Shown here: piece after piece, positions 12,196-23,112 of the stretch
Position numbering within the stretch: the stretch's first letter is position 1
How the letters are laid out: each line of letters starts with the position of its first letter
Source of the DNA: Rhizaria sp. SCN 62-66
Taxonomy: Eukaryota
DNA length: 42,266 bases
Assembly: GCA_001724265.1 (NCBI GenBank)
Contig: MEDY01000269.1
Span: forward strand, 1 to 42,266
Direction: 5' to 3'
The notes under the pieces: model-generated
The model's input: the letters and a program-made list of their open reading frames with translations, nothing else
What the model was told of the DNA's origin: nothing
Databases searched by the model: none
Made by a program: the position numbers and the translations under genes

Positions 12196-13874
12196 GGTGA
12201 CAGCGTCGCGAAACGCGTCAGGAAAAATAGAAGAGCCGGAACTGCACGCGTCGAGAATTAAGGAGGTTTAAGAGGGATGAGATTGTGGCGTCAAAATGCT
12301 CTTATCAAGAAATTCAAAGTGAAGTTATTGTTTTTACAACTTTGTGGTTGTCTAGAAAGCAATAATAATCCGACTGTGGCGAAATGAAGCAGGTAATGAA
12401 GAAGATACGACCAGCTCACCCCTGCCTCCAATCCCACCACAAAAGCCGCCTCGGCCAGTCGATTTGAGTGGCACTCGCTTCCAAGCCTCTTGTGTACAGT
12501 TTATCGTATGTCGATGGCTGTGTTGGTACAGTATATAATTTTCCAGTAGTCATCGTGTTTAATTCCGCGGCTAAAATAACAATGTTTGCGCTGTATAATG
12601 CATTGTGAAAGCTATTGTGCAAGTCAGATGCCTTCAGTCTGCCCAACGGCTACTCGAAAGAATTCCAGAGGGCGACCTCTCTGGAGGTCATGTGAGATGT
12701 GTCTGCAGTCAAACGAGCCATATTTGATTTTCGGTAATACTAAATGAATTTGCGACTGCCCTCAGCAAGTAAACTTATTGAGTCAAGGCTTTTGAGTGGC
12801 TAGAGTTCTCGATAAAAAGGAGGCAACACCAGATGTAACTTCCCAAAGCGAGTCACGTTACACGATGAAGTCACTGTATCACGATGAAACGTCCATTTGC
12901 GGATGTTAATCATTGCATTACAACATTATCATGTGCTCTAAACTTTTGTTTTATCTTTATCTAATGCATAATGATCAAAATGAGCTCTGGGGAATGCAAG
13001 AAAGTGCGATGTGGCATCTTAAAAGACTAACTCAGACTCACTGCAAGGAGTGACTTTCAGTCTGCTTTGGCGCAAAGCCGGTCATATGTACTGTTTAAAC
13101 CCTGCGGACACCCGACACTTGCTGACATCTCCCGCTCAGAACAAACTGTGACGGGTATCTAGTCTCAAAGTGTCCTGAGCTACCAGACGCTGCAGACCTG
13201 TTCAAGTTAAAAACCAAGAATACATCACGATAATAGATGTCGTTACATGCATAAGCGTGTGATAAATACATGACCTTCTTTGAAAAACGGGTGAACAATA
13301 TTGTCTAATAGATATATACGAGCGTTTAAGTGCTGGACCTGCGTTTATCGTTGCACTCGCGCTATGACAGTGTTTGTGGTGGCTGGCGCGAAGGTTTGGG
13401 GCAGATCAGAGGAGGTTTTGATACCAAGGGAAATGCAGCGATTAGGTGTTTCTGCGTGTGTCTATATAATGCGGACGCTAATGTACACACTTTTATTTAT
13501 CTTATTCCAAATTGACCGCACTTATTTTGCGGGCGTATCTGCTTGCCGATAGCGTGCACGCGCGAAGGATGCCTATCGGAAATGCTCCTCTCAACCGCGC
13601 GCTAGATGGCACTTCATCGCCGCATAACGCTGATTTTCGAAATACGGCTATATTTTCCGTGTTGTCCTTGATGTATTCTGCCTTCTCACAGTGCTCGTTT
13701 TTTCTCTCCTGTTTGTTAAACTGCTACCCAGCCTTTTTTCTTTCCCCTCTCGCCTCGCGCTTCGCAGTAACGCGAGCCTCCTCGCTTCTGTGCTCCTGCC
13801 ACCGCCGCAGCTTTGTGCCCCGGTCTCTGTCACCCTTCACTTGGCGCGGCTGCTGCGTGGGGCGACGTTCTGCA

Positions 13875-16800
13875 ATGGGCCAACAAGCCTCGCGTCCCGG
13901 CGGACTTGTTGAGTCGATCAAAAAGGGCACTCTTACCGAGTCCAAACTCAAATTCCTCCTCTCCGTACGTCATCCCTAGCTTTCTTAGACCTCTTTCAAA
14001 TCAAAAGCCATGTGCCCCTCCTTTTTGAAAACAGCTTTTGGGCCTATTTTTTTCTAACTGCCTTTTTAAACTTTCTTTAAACCCTACTTTATATGTGTGT
14101 ATCCGCATCTAAACACTCCTCCTCGGTCTTCCTTCCCTTGCTCGCGTACGTTCGCTCCCTCTCTGCTCAATTTGCTCTGCTCTTTTCGCTCTCGCTCGCG
14201 CTGCCAGAATGGCTACATCATCAACGAGGCGGACCTCCGCGGCCGCACGGCGCTTGTGCGCGCGATCATGCGCGACGACCTGGCGCTGGTAAAGCTGCTG
14301 CTGGCGCACAACGCGGACCCCCGCGTGCTGGACCAGATCCTCTCCTGGTCCGCGCTGCACCACGCCGTGGGCGGCAAGCACAAGGCCATCGTGGCCGAGC
14401 TGCTCAACAACCCGCTGGTGGCGCACATTACGCGGCCGCTGGTGTTTCACACGGACCGTGACGGCCACGACTGCTACCAGCTCGCCGCGCAGCGAGGCCA
14501 GGTCGAGACGTGCTGGATCCTCGGCTTCACGCGCGTGCTCCAGCTCTACCCTCGCGGCTTCGGCGAGGCCGCGCGCCCTGACCTGGAGCCCTACGTTGCC
14601 GCGCAGCTTCAGAAGGCCGTGTCGGCCGCTGCGAACAAGCACGTCGCCAAGACGTTCAAGTTCTTCCTGGGCGGCCTCAAAGCCACCGTCTACACAGTCA
14701 CCTGGCGCAAGAATGACCACATCGGCAACGACGCTGTTGCGAATAATAACAACAACGCTGCTGCCGGTGCTGCTGCTGGAAAGGCGCCCTCTCGGTCTCC
14801 CTCTCTCGCCCCTGCCCCCGCCCCGTCCCCCGCCGGGGCGAGTGCGATGCCGCCGCGCGTGTCTGTGCTGGCCGGCAGCGGCGTGTCATCCGCACCGCCC
14901 GCGCTGCCGCCAGTAATTCTGGTGCCCTGCACTGCGCCCTCAAGCTACCGCGCGCGCACACCGCACGCCCAGGCCGCCGCGCTCGCCGCGCCGGATGGCG
15001 ACGTGGCGCTTGTCACGGTGTCGCACCGGCGCGTGCGCTTGGCGGCCGACGGGCGCGGGCTCGTTATCACGCCCGACGCGGGCGGGCTGCTCAGCAAGGC
15101 CCGGGACGCTGAGTACCTGCCGTTCGGACCCGACACCAAGATCATTGAATGCCCGGGCCCTAACAGCGCCAACTCGAGCAGCAGCAACTTGGGCCAGACT
15201 GGCACCGGCGGGACCGGTGAGTCGCCGGTGCTGCGCGTGATCCTCAACGCCGACGTTGAGATCCACTTCGAGCTCACCGAGCCCACGGGCGGGTCTCTGT
15301 CGGCCGCCTACGCCGGGATGCGATCAGTAGTGGCGACCCTACTGCCGTACTACCGCGGCAAGCAGCGCTGGGACGCCTACGCCACGGCCGCCGTGCGCCT
15401 GCTCAGCGGCGTCGCCTCGGAGCGCCGCGGCGTGTGGCTGCTGCGCGAGCGCCTTGTCACGCTGCGCGCCGAGGTCGAGAACATTGTCCGCGCGGAGAAA
15501 TTTGCGGCACGCGGCGGGGACTACTCGACGGCCAAGAAGCTCAAGGCGCAGCGCCTCCGGATCGCGGCGGAGCACGACATGGTTGAGGAGCGCTACCGCG
15601 CCGCCATCGCGGCCGACAAGGAGCAGGAGCGCAGAAGCAAGGCCTCCGCCGCCGCCGCGCTCGTCGCTGCCAACAACAATGCTCCTGCTCCTGCTGCTGC
15701 TGCTGCTGCTGCTGCTGGTAACAACAATAACAAAAATGCACGCGGCAATAAGAACAACGCCAACAACGCGAGCGCGCAGGAGAGCGCGCAGGTGCGGGGC
15801 CCGCGCGGCGCCAACATGAGCGCCGTGATGCAGCTGCTGCAGGAGGGCGTGGACCTGCAGGACTTCCTCAGTAGCGAGATCCGCCGCGTGAGCGCCGCCG
15901 TGGCCGAGTACGAGGGGCTGCAGCGGCAGGCCGGCAAGGAAACCGAATGGGACCGCGCGCAGTCGGCGCACCTCGCCAAGCAGCCCTTCCTGTTTGCGCG
16001 CGAGCTGTTGTCGCGGTGCCTGGCCGACACCGAGGCCGTCATGGCCTACGCGGGCCGCGGCGACACGCCGCCCGGGACGCCGCAGATCAACGCCTCGGCC
16101 GTGCCGGTCGAGGGGCTCGTGCACCGCCCGCTGCGCGCGGACGGGACGCCGCTGTACGGCGAGGAGGACGAGGACGACGCGCACGCGCTGGTCCTGGCGC
16201 CGCTGCCGCAGAGCGAGAGCGAGCGCGACCGCGCCGCGCTGCCGCCGCTCGACTTGGGGCAGGGGCTCGCCGACATGGGCCTGGGCCTGGGGTTCGAGGA
16301 AGAGGAGGAGGAGCATGGTGTGCTGCCGGCGGGCGACATGGCGCAGGAGCGCGCGCAGGCGGCGTATCCGTCTGTGCCGCGCGTGGCCGTGAACGCGGCC
16401 GCCGTCAACAACGCGCAGTACAACGCGCAGTACAACTCGCAGCAACAGCAGTCGCAGTATGTCAACAGCACTGTGCCCGCTGCGGCGGCCGCGAGTGCGA
16501 GCGGCTTCAAGCTGGCGCCGATGCAAGACCCTTTTAGCAACAGCAACTACAGCAACAATAACAACAACGTGAACGTGAATGTGAATGCCGACGTGCAGAA
16601 CATGAGCCGCGTCATCGTCCTCCAGGACACGCCCACCGCTGCTCACAGCAACAACGCGGTGCAGAACACGGTGAGCGCCCCCGCCGGCGCGTCAACGCCC
16701 GCCCGCATGAGTCTAAGTACCAACGCAGGCCCTCTAAGTACCAGCGCGCGGCCATCGCCGTCGGTGCCCTCACGGCCCGCGCGCGTCACGCCCCCCGCCT

Positions 16801-17753
16801 CCACAGTCGCCAACAGCAGCGGCAACAGCAAAGAGGCCAACGTGAACAACATCAACAGCGCTGCCGTTGCTGCGGGCGCCGGCGTGGCGGCGATGACACC
16901 TTCGGCGTCGCCCGTGCCGTCTCTGTCGTCCTCGCGCGCACCCAGCGCAGCCTCCGCCTCTTCCGCCGTCTCAGCCATCGCCGAACAGCAGCAGCAGCAG
17001 CAGCAGCAGCAGTTTGGTAAAGAGGAGGAGGATGAGGACGCGCTGGCCGCCGCCGTGGCCGCATTGCCCTCCGCCCGCGCCGCCAACACCAGCATCAGCA
17101 ACAGCGGCAAGAACGCTGTCAGCGGCAGCAGCAGCAGCAATGACAAGCCCAAGAAGGTGTTGATGCTCGCCGACGGGCCCGCGCCCGCCCGCGCCCCACG
17201 GCCCCGCACTCAGCCGCAGCATCAGCAGCAACAGCAGCAGCAGCAGGGCGTGAACTACGTCTGCGCCGGCGTCCCCGGCGCGATCGTCTCCAGCCCCGGC
17301 ACCGTGCGCGCCACGAGTACCGCGGGCGTGCCGGGCGCGATCCCGCCCCCCGCGCTCACGGTCGCCTCGTCCGGCTCCGTCCAGAACCACGGCCACGGCC
17401 ACCACCACGGCCAGCAGTATCCCGGGCCCAACGCGGGGTCTCGGATGGGCAGCTTCGCCCACAGCGGCAGCCACTTCGAGAGCGATCCGGCCCCGCCGAC
17501 GTACGACGAGGCCATGTCGCTGTTCCACAACGACGCAGTCTTCTTTCCCGAGCCGCCGCCGCCGCACGGAGACCAGCCCGGCTACCACGGCGACGCCGCC
17601 GCGGGGGGCGCCGCGCTGGAGGCCGAGGCCAAGACCAGCGACGGCAACGGCGACGGCAGCGGCGGTGGCAGTGGCAGTGGGTTTGCTGCGGACGAGTTCG
17701 CGGCCTTCTTCTCGCTGCCGCGGCACCAGGAGGTGGCCGAGGAGGAGGAGTAG
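13875..17753 (+). CDS. Ankyrin-repeat protein with predicted N-myristoylation; exons 13875-13964 and 14208-17753 (about 1211 aa if the first TAG is a stop; about 2067 aa to TGA 20321 if both TAGs are read through)
   Basis: MGQQAS start (MGxxxS). Ankyrin repeats DLRGRTALVRAIMRDDLALVKLLLAHNADP, SWSALHHAVGGKHKAIVAELL, DRDGHDCYQLAAQRGQVE. UVR-like helical motif EKFAARGGDYSTAKKLK; PPTY motif. Confidence 0.85.
13965..14207 (+). other. Spliceosomal intron (243 nt, phase 0) of ankyrin gene
   Basis: GTACGT donor, pyrimidine-rich body, GCCAG acceptor where GC-rich coding sequence resumes. Confidence 0.8.
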
Positions 17754-20321
17754 GGTGATTTGCCCCCCCTGATCAACAGCAACAACAACAGCAACAATGC
17801 CAACAACAATGACGGTCTCGAGAACGAGGTCGAGGACGGCGACGTCGCGCCTATCCCGGCCTTGTCGTCTCTTATGCAGCCGCAGCCGCCGCGCGCGCCG
17901 CTGGTGGTGAACGTGTCGGCCTCGCTGGCCGACGACGGCGCGGCGCTTACGCCCCTCGACCGCAGCAACAGCAACGTCAACAACAACTGCAACAACAGCA
18001 AGAGCGACAGCCTCGACGGCGCTGCGCTCTACGGCCTCCCGCCCCTCACCGACGACGACAAAGGCGGCAAGGGCAAGGGCAAGGGTAAGGGCCAGCAGAA
18101 CGACAATAGTGACGGCCACAGCGTCAACAGCAACAGCCGCAGCGCGCTGCTGTCGCCCGCGGCATCGATGGCCATCTTCAACGCCATCGCGCAAGTCACC
18201 GCAGACACGCCGGAGCCCGCCAACGCTGACGCCGACGCCAACGCCAATGCCCACGGCAACGCTGACGCTTAGTCTGCGCCTGAGGCCGCATTCGCTGCCG
18301 CTGCCGCGGCGCCCGCGCTATCTGCGACTGCGACGCGGGGCAACGCGCCGGTGCCGCTGTCGATGGCGGCCTCGCTGGACGGCCACGGCCTCAGCCCTCG
18401 CCAGCGCAACCGTGGCGTCGACCGCGACGGAGACCGCGACGGAGACGGAGACGGAGATGCTGAGGGAGACAGAGACGACGAGTTCGCCGCTGGCTTAGGC
18501 CTCGGTTTGGCGCCGGTGTCGGCCTCCGCGGGCGGTGACGGGCTCTCTGGCCTCTCCGGACTGACCCCGCCGCCGCCGCAGCGCCGCGCGCCGCCGCAGC
18601 AGCCGCTGCAGCAGCAGCCGCTGTCGGCGCGCGCGCTCTCGGGCTCCGGCCGCGCCTTCGCCTTCAACGTCAACGCCAGCAGTCTGAACAACAACGGCAA
18701 CGGCAACGGCAACGGCACTGGCAGCGGCGGCGGTGCGGTGATGGCCGCCCCGTTCCCCACCGGCGGCGACTCGCCCGCGGCGTCGCTGCACGCGAGCGAG
18801 TTTTTTGCGCAGGAAGAGGGCTGCGGCGCCGGCCGCAGCGCAGTCTCCGAGGGCGACGGCGGCAGCTTCTACGCCGCCTCCGCCGCCGCCTCCGCCTCGG
18901 CCGCCGCGCACACCGCGCACGCGGGAGGGCACAGGCAGTCGGCGTCCTCGGCGCACTCCGCCGCCGCCGCTGCCGCCGCTGCTGCCGCGTCTGGGGGCGT
19001 CGTGAACGCTGTGACGCACTACGATGAGAGCGACAGCGAGGACGACGACGATGAGGAGGAAGAGGAGGGCGCTCCCGCTGCCTCCGGCTCTGCCGCCGCC
19101 GCCGCCTGCGCTGGCTCCGGCGCCGGCAAGGGCGGCCGCCCGCGTCTGCAGCCCTCGCCCTCCGCCGCCGCCGCCGCCGACTCCACGAGCGGCAGCGGCA
19201 GCGGCGGCGGCGGCAACGGTGGGTCTGGCTACGCCACCGCGGCGTCGGGCACGGCGCGCACCCCCAGCGCCCGCTTCGGGCCCCGGCTCGCGCCCTCCGC
19301 AATGGCGCGCGTCCCAGGTGCGCCCGGCGGCGCGATTGGCGGTGCGAATGTCGCCAGTAGCAGCGGCGGGAATGCGAACCTGCTGGGGGACGACGCGGAC
19401 AGCGTGGACGGCGGCGCCAGCAACAGCAACAGCAGCAGCAGCACCGCGGACATCGCGGCGAGCGTGCGCGCCAACGCCAAGAAGCGTCTGGCCGCCGCGC
19501 GCGCCGCGGGGACTTGGGACGGCCGCCTGCCCTCCGCCTCCGCCTCCGACTCGTTCTCTGAGAACACCGCCAGCGGCGGGCAGCCGCGGCTGAAGCTGGG
19601 CGGCGCTGCTGCGAAAGGCCACGCTGCAGCTGTTAACAACAACAACAGCAACAGCAACAGCAGCGCCAGCATGGGTTCCGACATGGGCATGGGCGACAAC
19701 GCCCTCGGCCAGTTCGACGGCAGCAACAACAACAACGGCAATAACACCGGCAATAACACCGGCGACAACGGCGATAATAACGGCGCGATGGCCGCGATCG
19801 CGGGCCGGCCGACGCTGGAGCCGGTCGAGCTGGCTGTGAGCCCGAGTGCCGCGGCGTCCGTCTCGATCAGTGCTGTGGACGACGCGGTGGCCTTCGCGGA
19901 CCTGCTGGGCCACGCGCAGTCGACGGCCAGCTACGACACCATGTTCGGGGACGCCTTTAGAGCCACGCGCGCGGCCAACGAGAACGACAAGAGCAACCAC
20001 AATCCTGTCAACAACAATAGCTCCTCCGCTAAGAACAACAACAAGAGCAGCAGCAGCAGCAGCAGCAGTGTCCAGGCTGATAACGCTGACAACGAGAACA
20101 GCAACAACAGCAACAGCAACAGCAACAGCGCAAGCGCAACCACTGCCGGCAGCGTGGGCAGCGCGTCTAGCGGCGGCAAGACCGACGCCAGCGCCAGTGG
20201 CGCCAGCGCCAGTGCGAGTGCCAGCAGCGGGGCGGGCGTGGGCAGCGGGGTGGACTTTGAGTTCGACTTCGACGCCTTCGCGGGAATGCAGCCGGCGGCG
20301 GCGCACGAGGCCGCCATCTGA
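17754..20321 (+). CDS. In-frame coding-like extension of the ankyrin gene beyond TAG 17751-17753, with a second in-frame TAG at 18270-18272, ending TGA
   Basis: Same frame as the upstream exon, same AAC/AGC/GCC/GAC-rich codon style, no AT-rich spacer. GC content falls only after the TGA at 20319-20321. Confidence 0.55.
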
Positions 20322-21299
20322 CGACTCAGTGATCGGAGTGCGACTGCCAACCGCCATGGGGCGGGGCTGGTAGAGATTGCCCTCTTCTTAACCTTAACGC
20401 GTCGTCGTGAGCTTTTGTCCGACACCGCTCATTTGACTCGGCGGAACACGCGTGGCGTGATAACGGATCATTGCGAAACTTGTAGTCATCACTATTGCTC
20501 ACCGTCGCAACTCTGGACTTCTGTTATGTTAGCTTTTGACGCAACGCAAACGGAAGCTCTTGAGGAGCGTGTGTGATGCGTGTGCGTGCATTGCTGCTGC
20601 CATCGCTGCTACAATCACGCACATCACCATAACAATCTATTATTTGCTTTTTTGTCCTGTACTTGTATATTTTAATCGTCATTGTTGAAAATGAAATCAA
20701 TAAAGATTAAAAACTAATCGTGAAAGACAAACTTAAAAAGATGCTTATTGATACGTAATGCAGTTTAGAATTATGCTCAATGAGTAAAACGCGTTTTGTA
20801 TTTGTTGACTTGAAAAAACATCATTACACTCACTGACTCACTTGGAGTGAGTCAATCACTCGCACACATTGTCACTGCTTATAAATACGGAATGAACAAA
20901 GCAGATGAGCAAACACAGCGACAAATACGCAAGTTCGCGAGCGCAACTTGAAAAACAACACACACACAGCAGATCAGTGGCGGCTTCGGCTAGCGCCCGC
21001 TGTGGACTGGCACTGACGACCTCAGGTCCTCACCCACATGGCGGCTTAACTTTCCACAACTGCCTACTTGAACACGCCTGAGCACCGCCCGACTTAAGCG
21101 ATACTGAGGCTGTGAATGTGGCATAACGTCTATCGAACGGCGTCTTTAACATCCGACTAGACGACTTAAACATTGAACTCTAACTCAGCATACCAGCGAC
21201 AACATATTGTCTAACCTACATTGTGTGCGAACCCACTCACACAACGCACATAGATACTTTGTGACATACTGAGGCACTTAGCGGCGGCAGTCCTGGCTC

Positions 21300-22472
21300 T
21301 TAGTCGATGTTGTCGACCTCGCCGCGGAGCGAGTCTGGCGAGAGCGAGAGGCGGTCGTGGCGCTGCTGCGCGTTCGCGTACAAGAACGAGCTCCACGCCC
21401 TCAGCGTCACGACGCCGTCCTCCTCGCTCTCGTCGGCCTCCGCCTCGGCCTCAGCCGCAGCCTCCGTCGTAGTGGCAGCTGCCTCAGCCTCAACTGCCTC
21501 AGTCGTAGCAGTCTCGTCCTTCTTGTCGCCAGCTTCAGCGCCAGCCTCAGTCTTCACACCAACCTTCGACGCAGCCTCCGACGCCGCCTTGTCCGCGGGC
21601 ACCGGCGTGGCGATGGAGAGGATAGTATGGCGGAGCCTGGCGTCCTGCGCGGCCGAGTCCGCGGAGAACCAGGGCGACTGCAGCAGCGCCGCCGCCAGCG
21701 CGCGCGCGCTCACGCGGCCCTGGCTGCCGTCGTCCACGGACCGGAACACGTCCAGCAGGTCCTCCACCGCAATCGACGTCGCCTGGGAGGGGGGAACGGG
21801 GGGGAATCAAAGGTGAGTGTGTGTGGGGCATCGGTCCAGTACAGTTACAAGAAAATATAGAAAGATACAAGGTTAAGTTAAACTTATTGCGAGTTAAACT
21901 CATCGTGAAATATAATATTACTGTGCTATAACGACACTAAATTGGCTATAGTGAGTTCTATAGAGGGTTGGTGCAGAAATGAAGACTATTAAAAGATCTG
22001 TGCAATCTAAGGCGAAGCCAGTTGTCGGTCATAGGACACGTACAGCAGAGGGGAAGATGCTTTTGCGCACCGCCGGGCCCTTAGAAGCCGTCTTGGCGGG
22101 CGCGGGCGTAACGAACGCAGCGCCGCCGGCCGCAGCAGCGCCAGCGCCAGCGCCGGCAACTGCGGGGGCAGTGGCAGTGGCAGTGGCAGTGGCAGTGGCG
22201 GCCGCGGGGGCGGGGGAGGAGGCGACTGAGCCCGCGGTCTCGGCCTTGCGCGGGGGCGCGACGGGGGACGGGCGGGCAGCGGCTGCCGAGGCCGCGGAGC
22301 CAGCGGGGGCCGGCGTCGCAGGAGCAGAGGCCGTGGTGGCGGCCGCGGCGGCGGCGGTGGTAGTGGCTTTCTTAGATTTGGAGCCGCTGAAGAAGATGAG
22401 CTTGCCGAGGAGGAGCACGGCGGCGACAGCGACGCCGGCAATGCAGAGACGCTTCTTTTGCTCAGTATCCAT
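21300..22472 (-). CDS. Signal-anchored protein with two degenerate EF-hand-like motifs; exons 22472-22044 and 21782-21300, about 303 aa
   Basis: MDTEQKKRLCIAGVAVAAVLLLGKLIFFSG (TM helix then basic residues), Ala-rich linker, LLDVFRSVDDGSQGRVSARAL and DESEEDGVVTLRAWSSFL; TAA stop. Confidence 0.7.
21783..22043 (-). other. Spliceosomal intron (261 nt, phase 0) of EF-hand-like gene
   Basis: GTACGT donor, AT-rich body, C-rich tract, CCCAG acceptor. Confidence 0.8.
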
Positions 22473-23112
22473 CAGCGTCGGAGTGGTGAGAGAGGACACG
22501 GAAGGTGCGACTCAGAACCCGATGCGGTGGGGAAAGACTGGTGGTGTCTAACGGATTGTTTGGGCAGAATGCAACGAGTGTGGCGTAGACGTGCATTGTT
22601 ATCATGGAACAGAGTGTAGTATTAAGAGGTAAAACAAGACATGTGATTATTGTGGGTTAGTGTGCTTTCAAGTCCATTGACGGTGCATACACGAAGATAT
22701 AGAATGATTTGTGAGACTACCCAGCTCCCTGACAGTGACTGTGGTCGAGCGGACCGATGGGTCCCTCGGATCAGTCAGGATGTCCAGCTCTAACTTCGAA
22801 GGCATTAATCGTCGTTTTTCTATCGGAAGCAGCACATACTGTAAACATTTTTCGAATTTCATTGGTCTTTTTATCATTTTCGCAAAATGACACGTTTAAA
22901 TCCTATCTCTAGAGAGCAGTATACGCATGCGCCAATCTGTCGACGTCTCGTGCGGACGTAGAGCGAAACCTTTTTGCTTTCCGCTCTTTCCTGCACTCAT
23001 GTCGGAAAGATAACGATAACGACATTCATCCGTCAAAACTTCAGTATGCATCACTTACTAAACCCTGTAAAATCTGCTCTCCCACGACATTTCTATGCTT
23101 GTTTAGAAAGAA

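Noticed and set aside
17733-17753. 21-nt GT..TAG micro-intron that would remove the first TAG (and a GT..GCTGACGCTTAG intron removing the second)
   Set aside because: Purine/GC-rich, no GTACGT-like donor and no pyrimidine tract, unlike the eight 120-261 nt AT-rich introns. Unlikely but needs RNA-seq to exclude.
18351-20321. Independent 656-aa gene
   Set aside because: No AT-rich promoter or spacer upstream, and coding-like sequence continues in frame 5' of it; better explained as part of the ankyrin locus.
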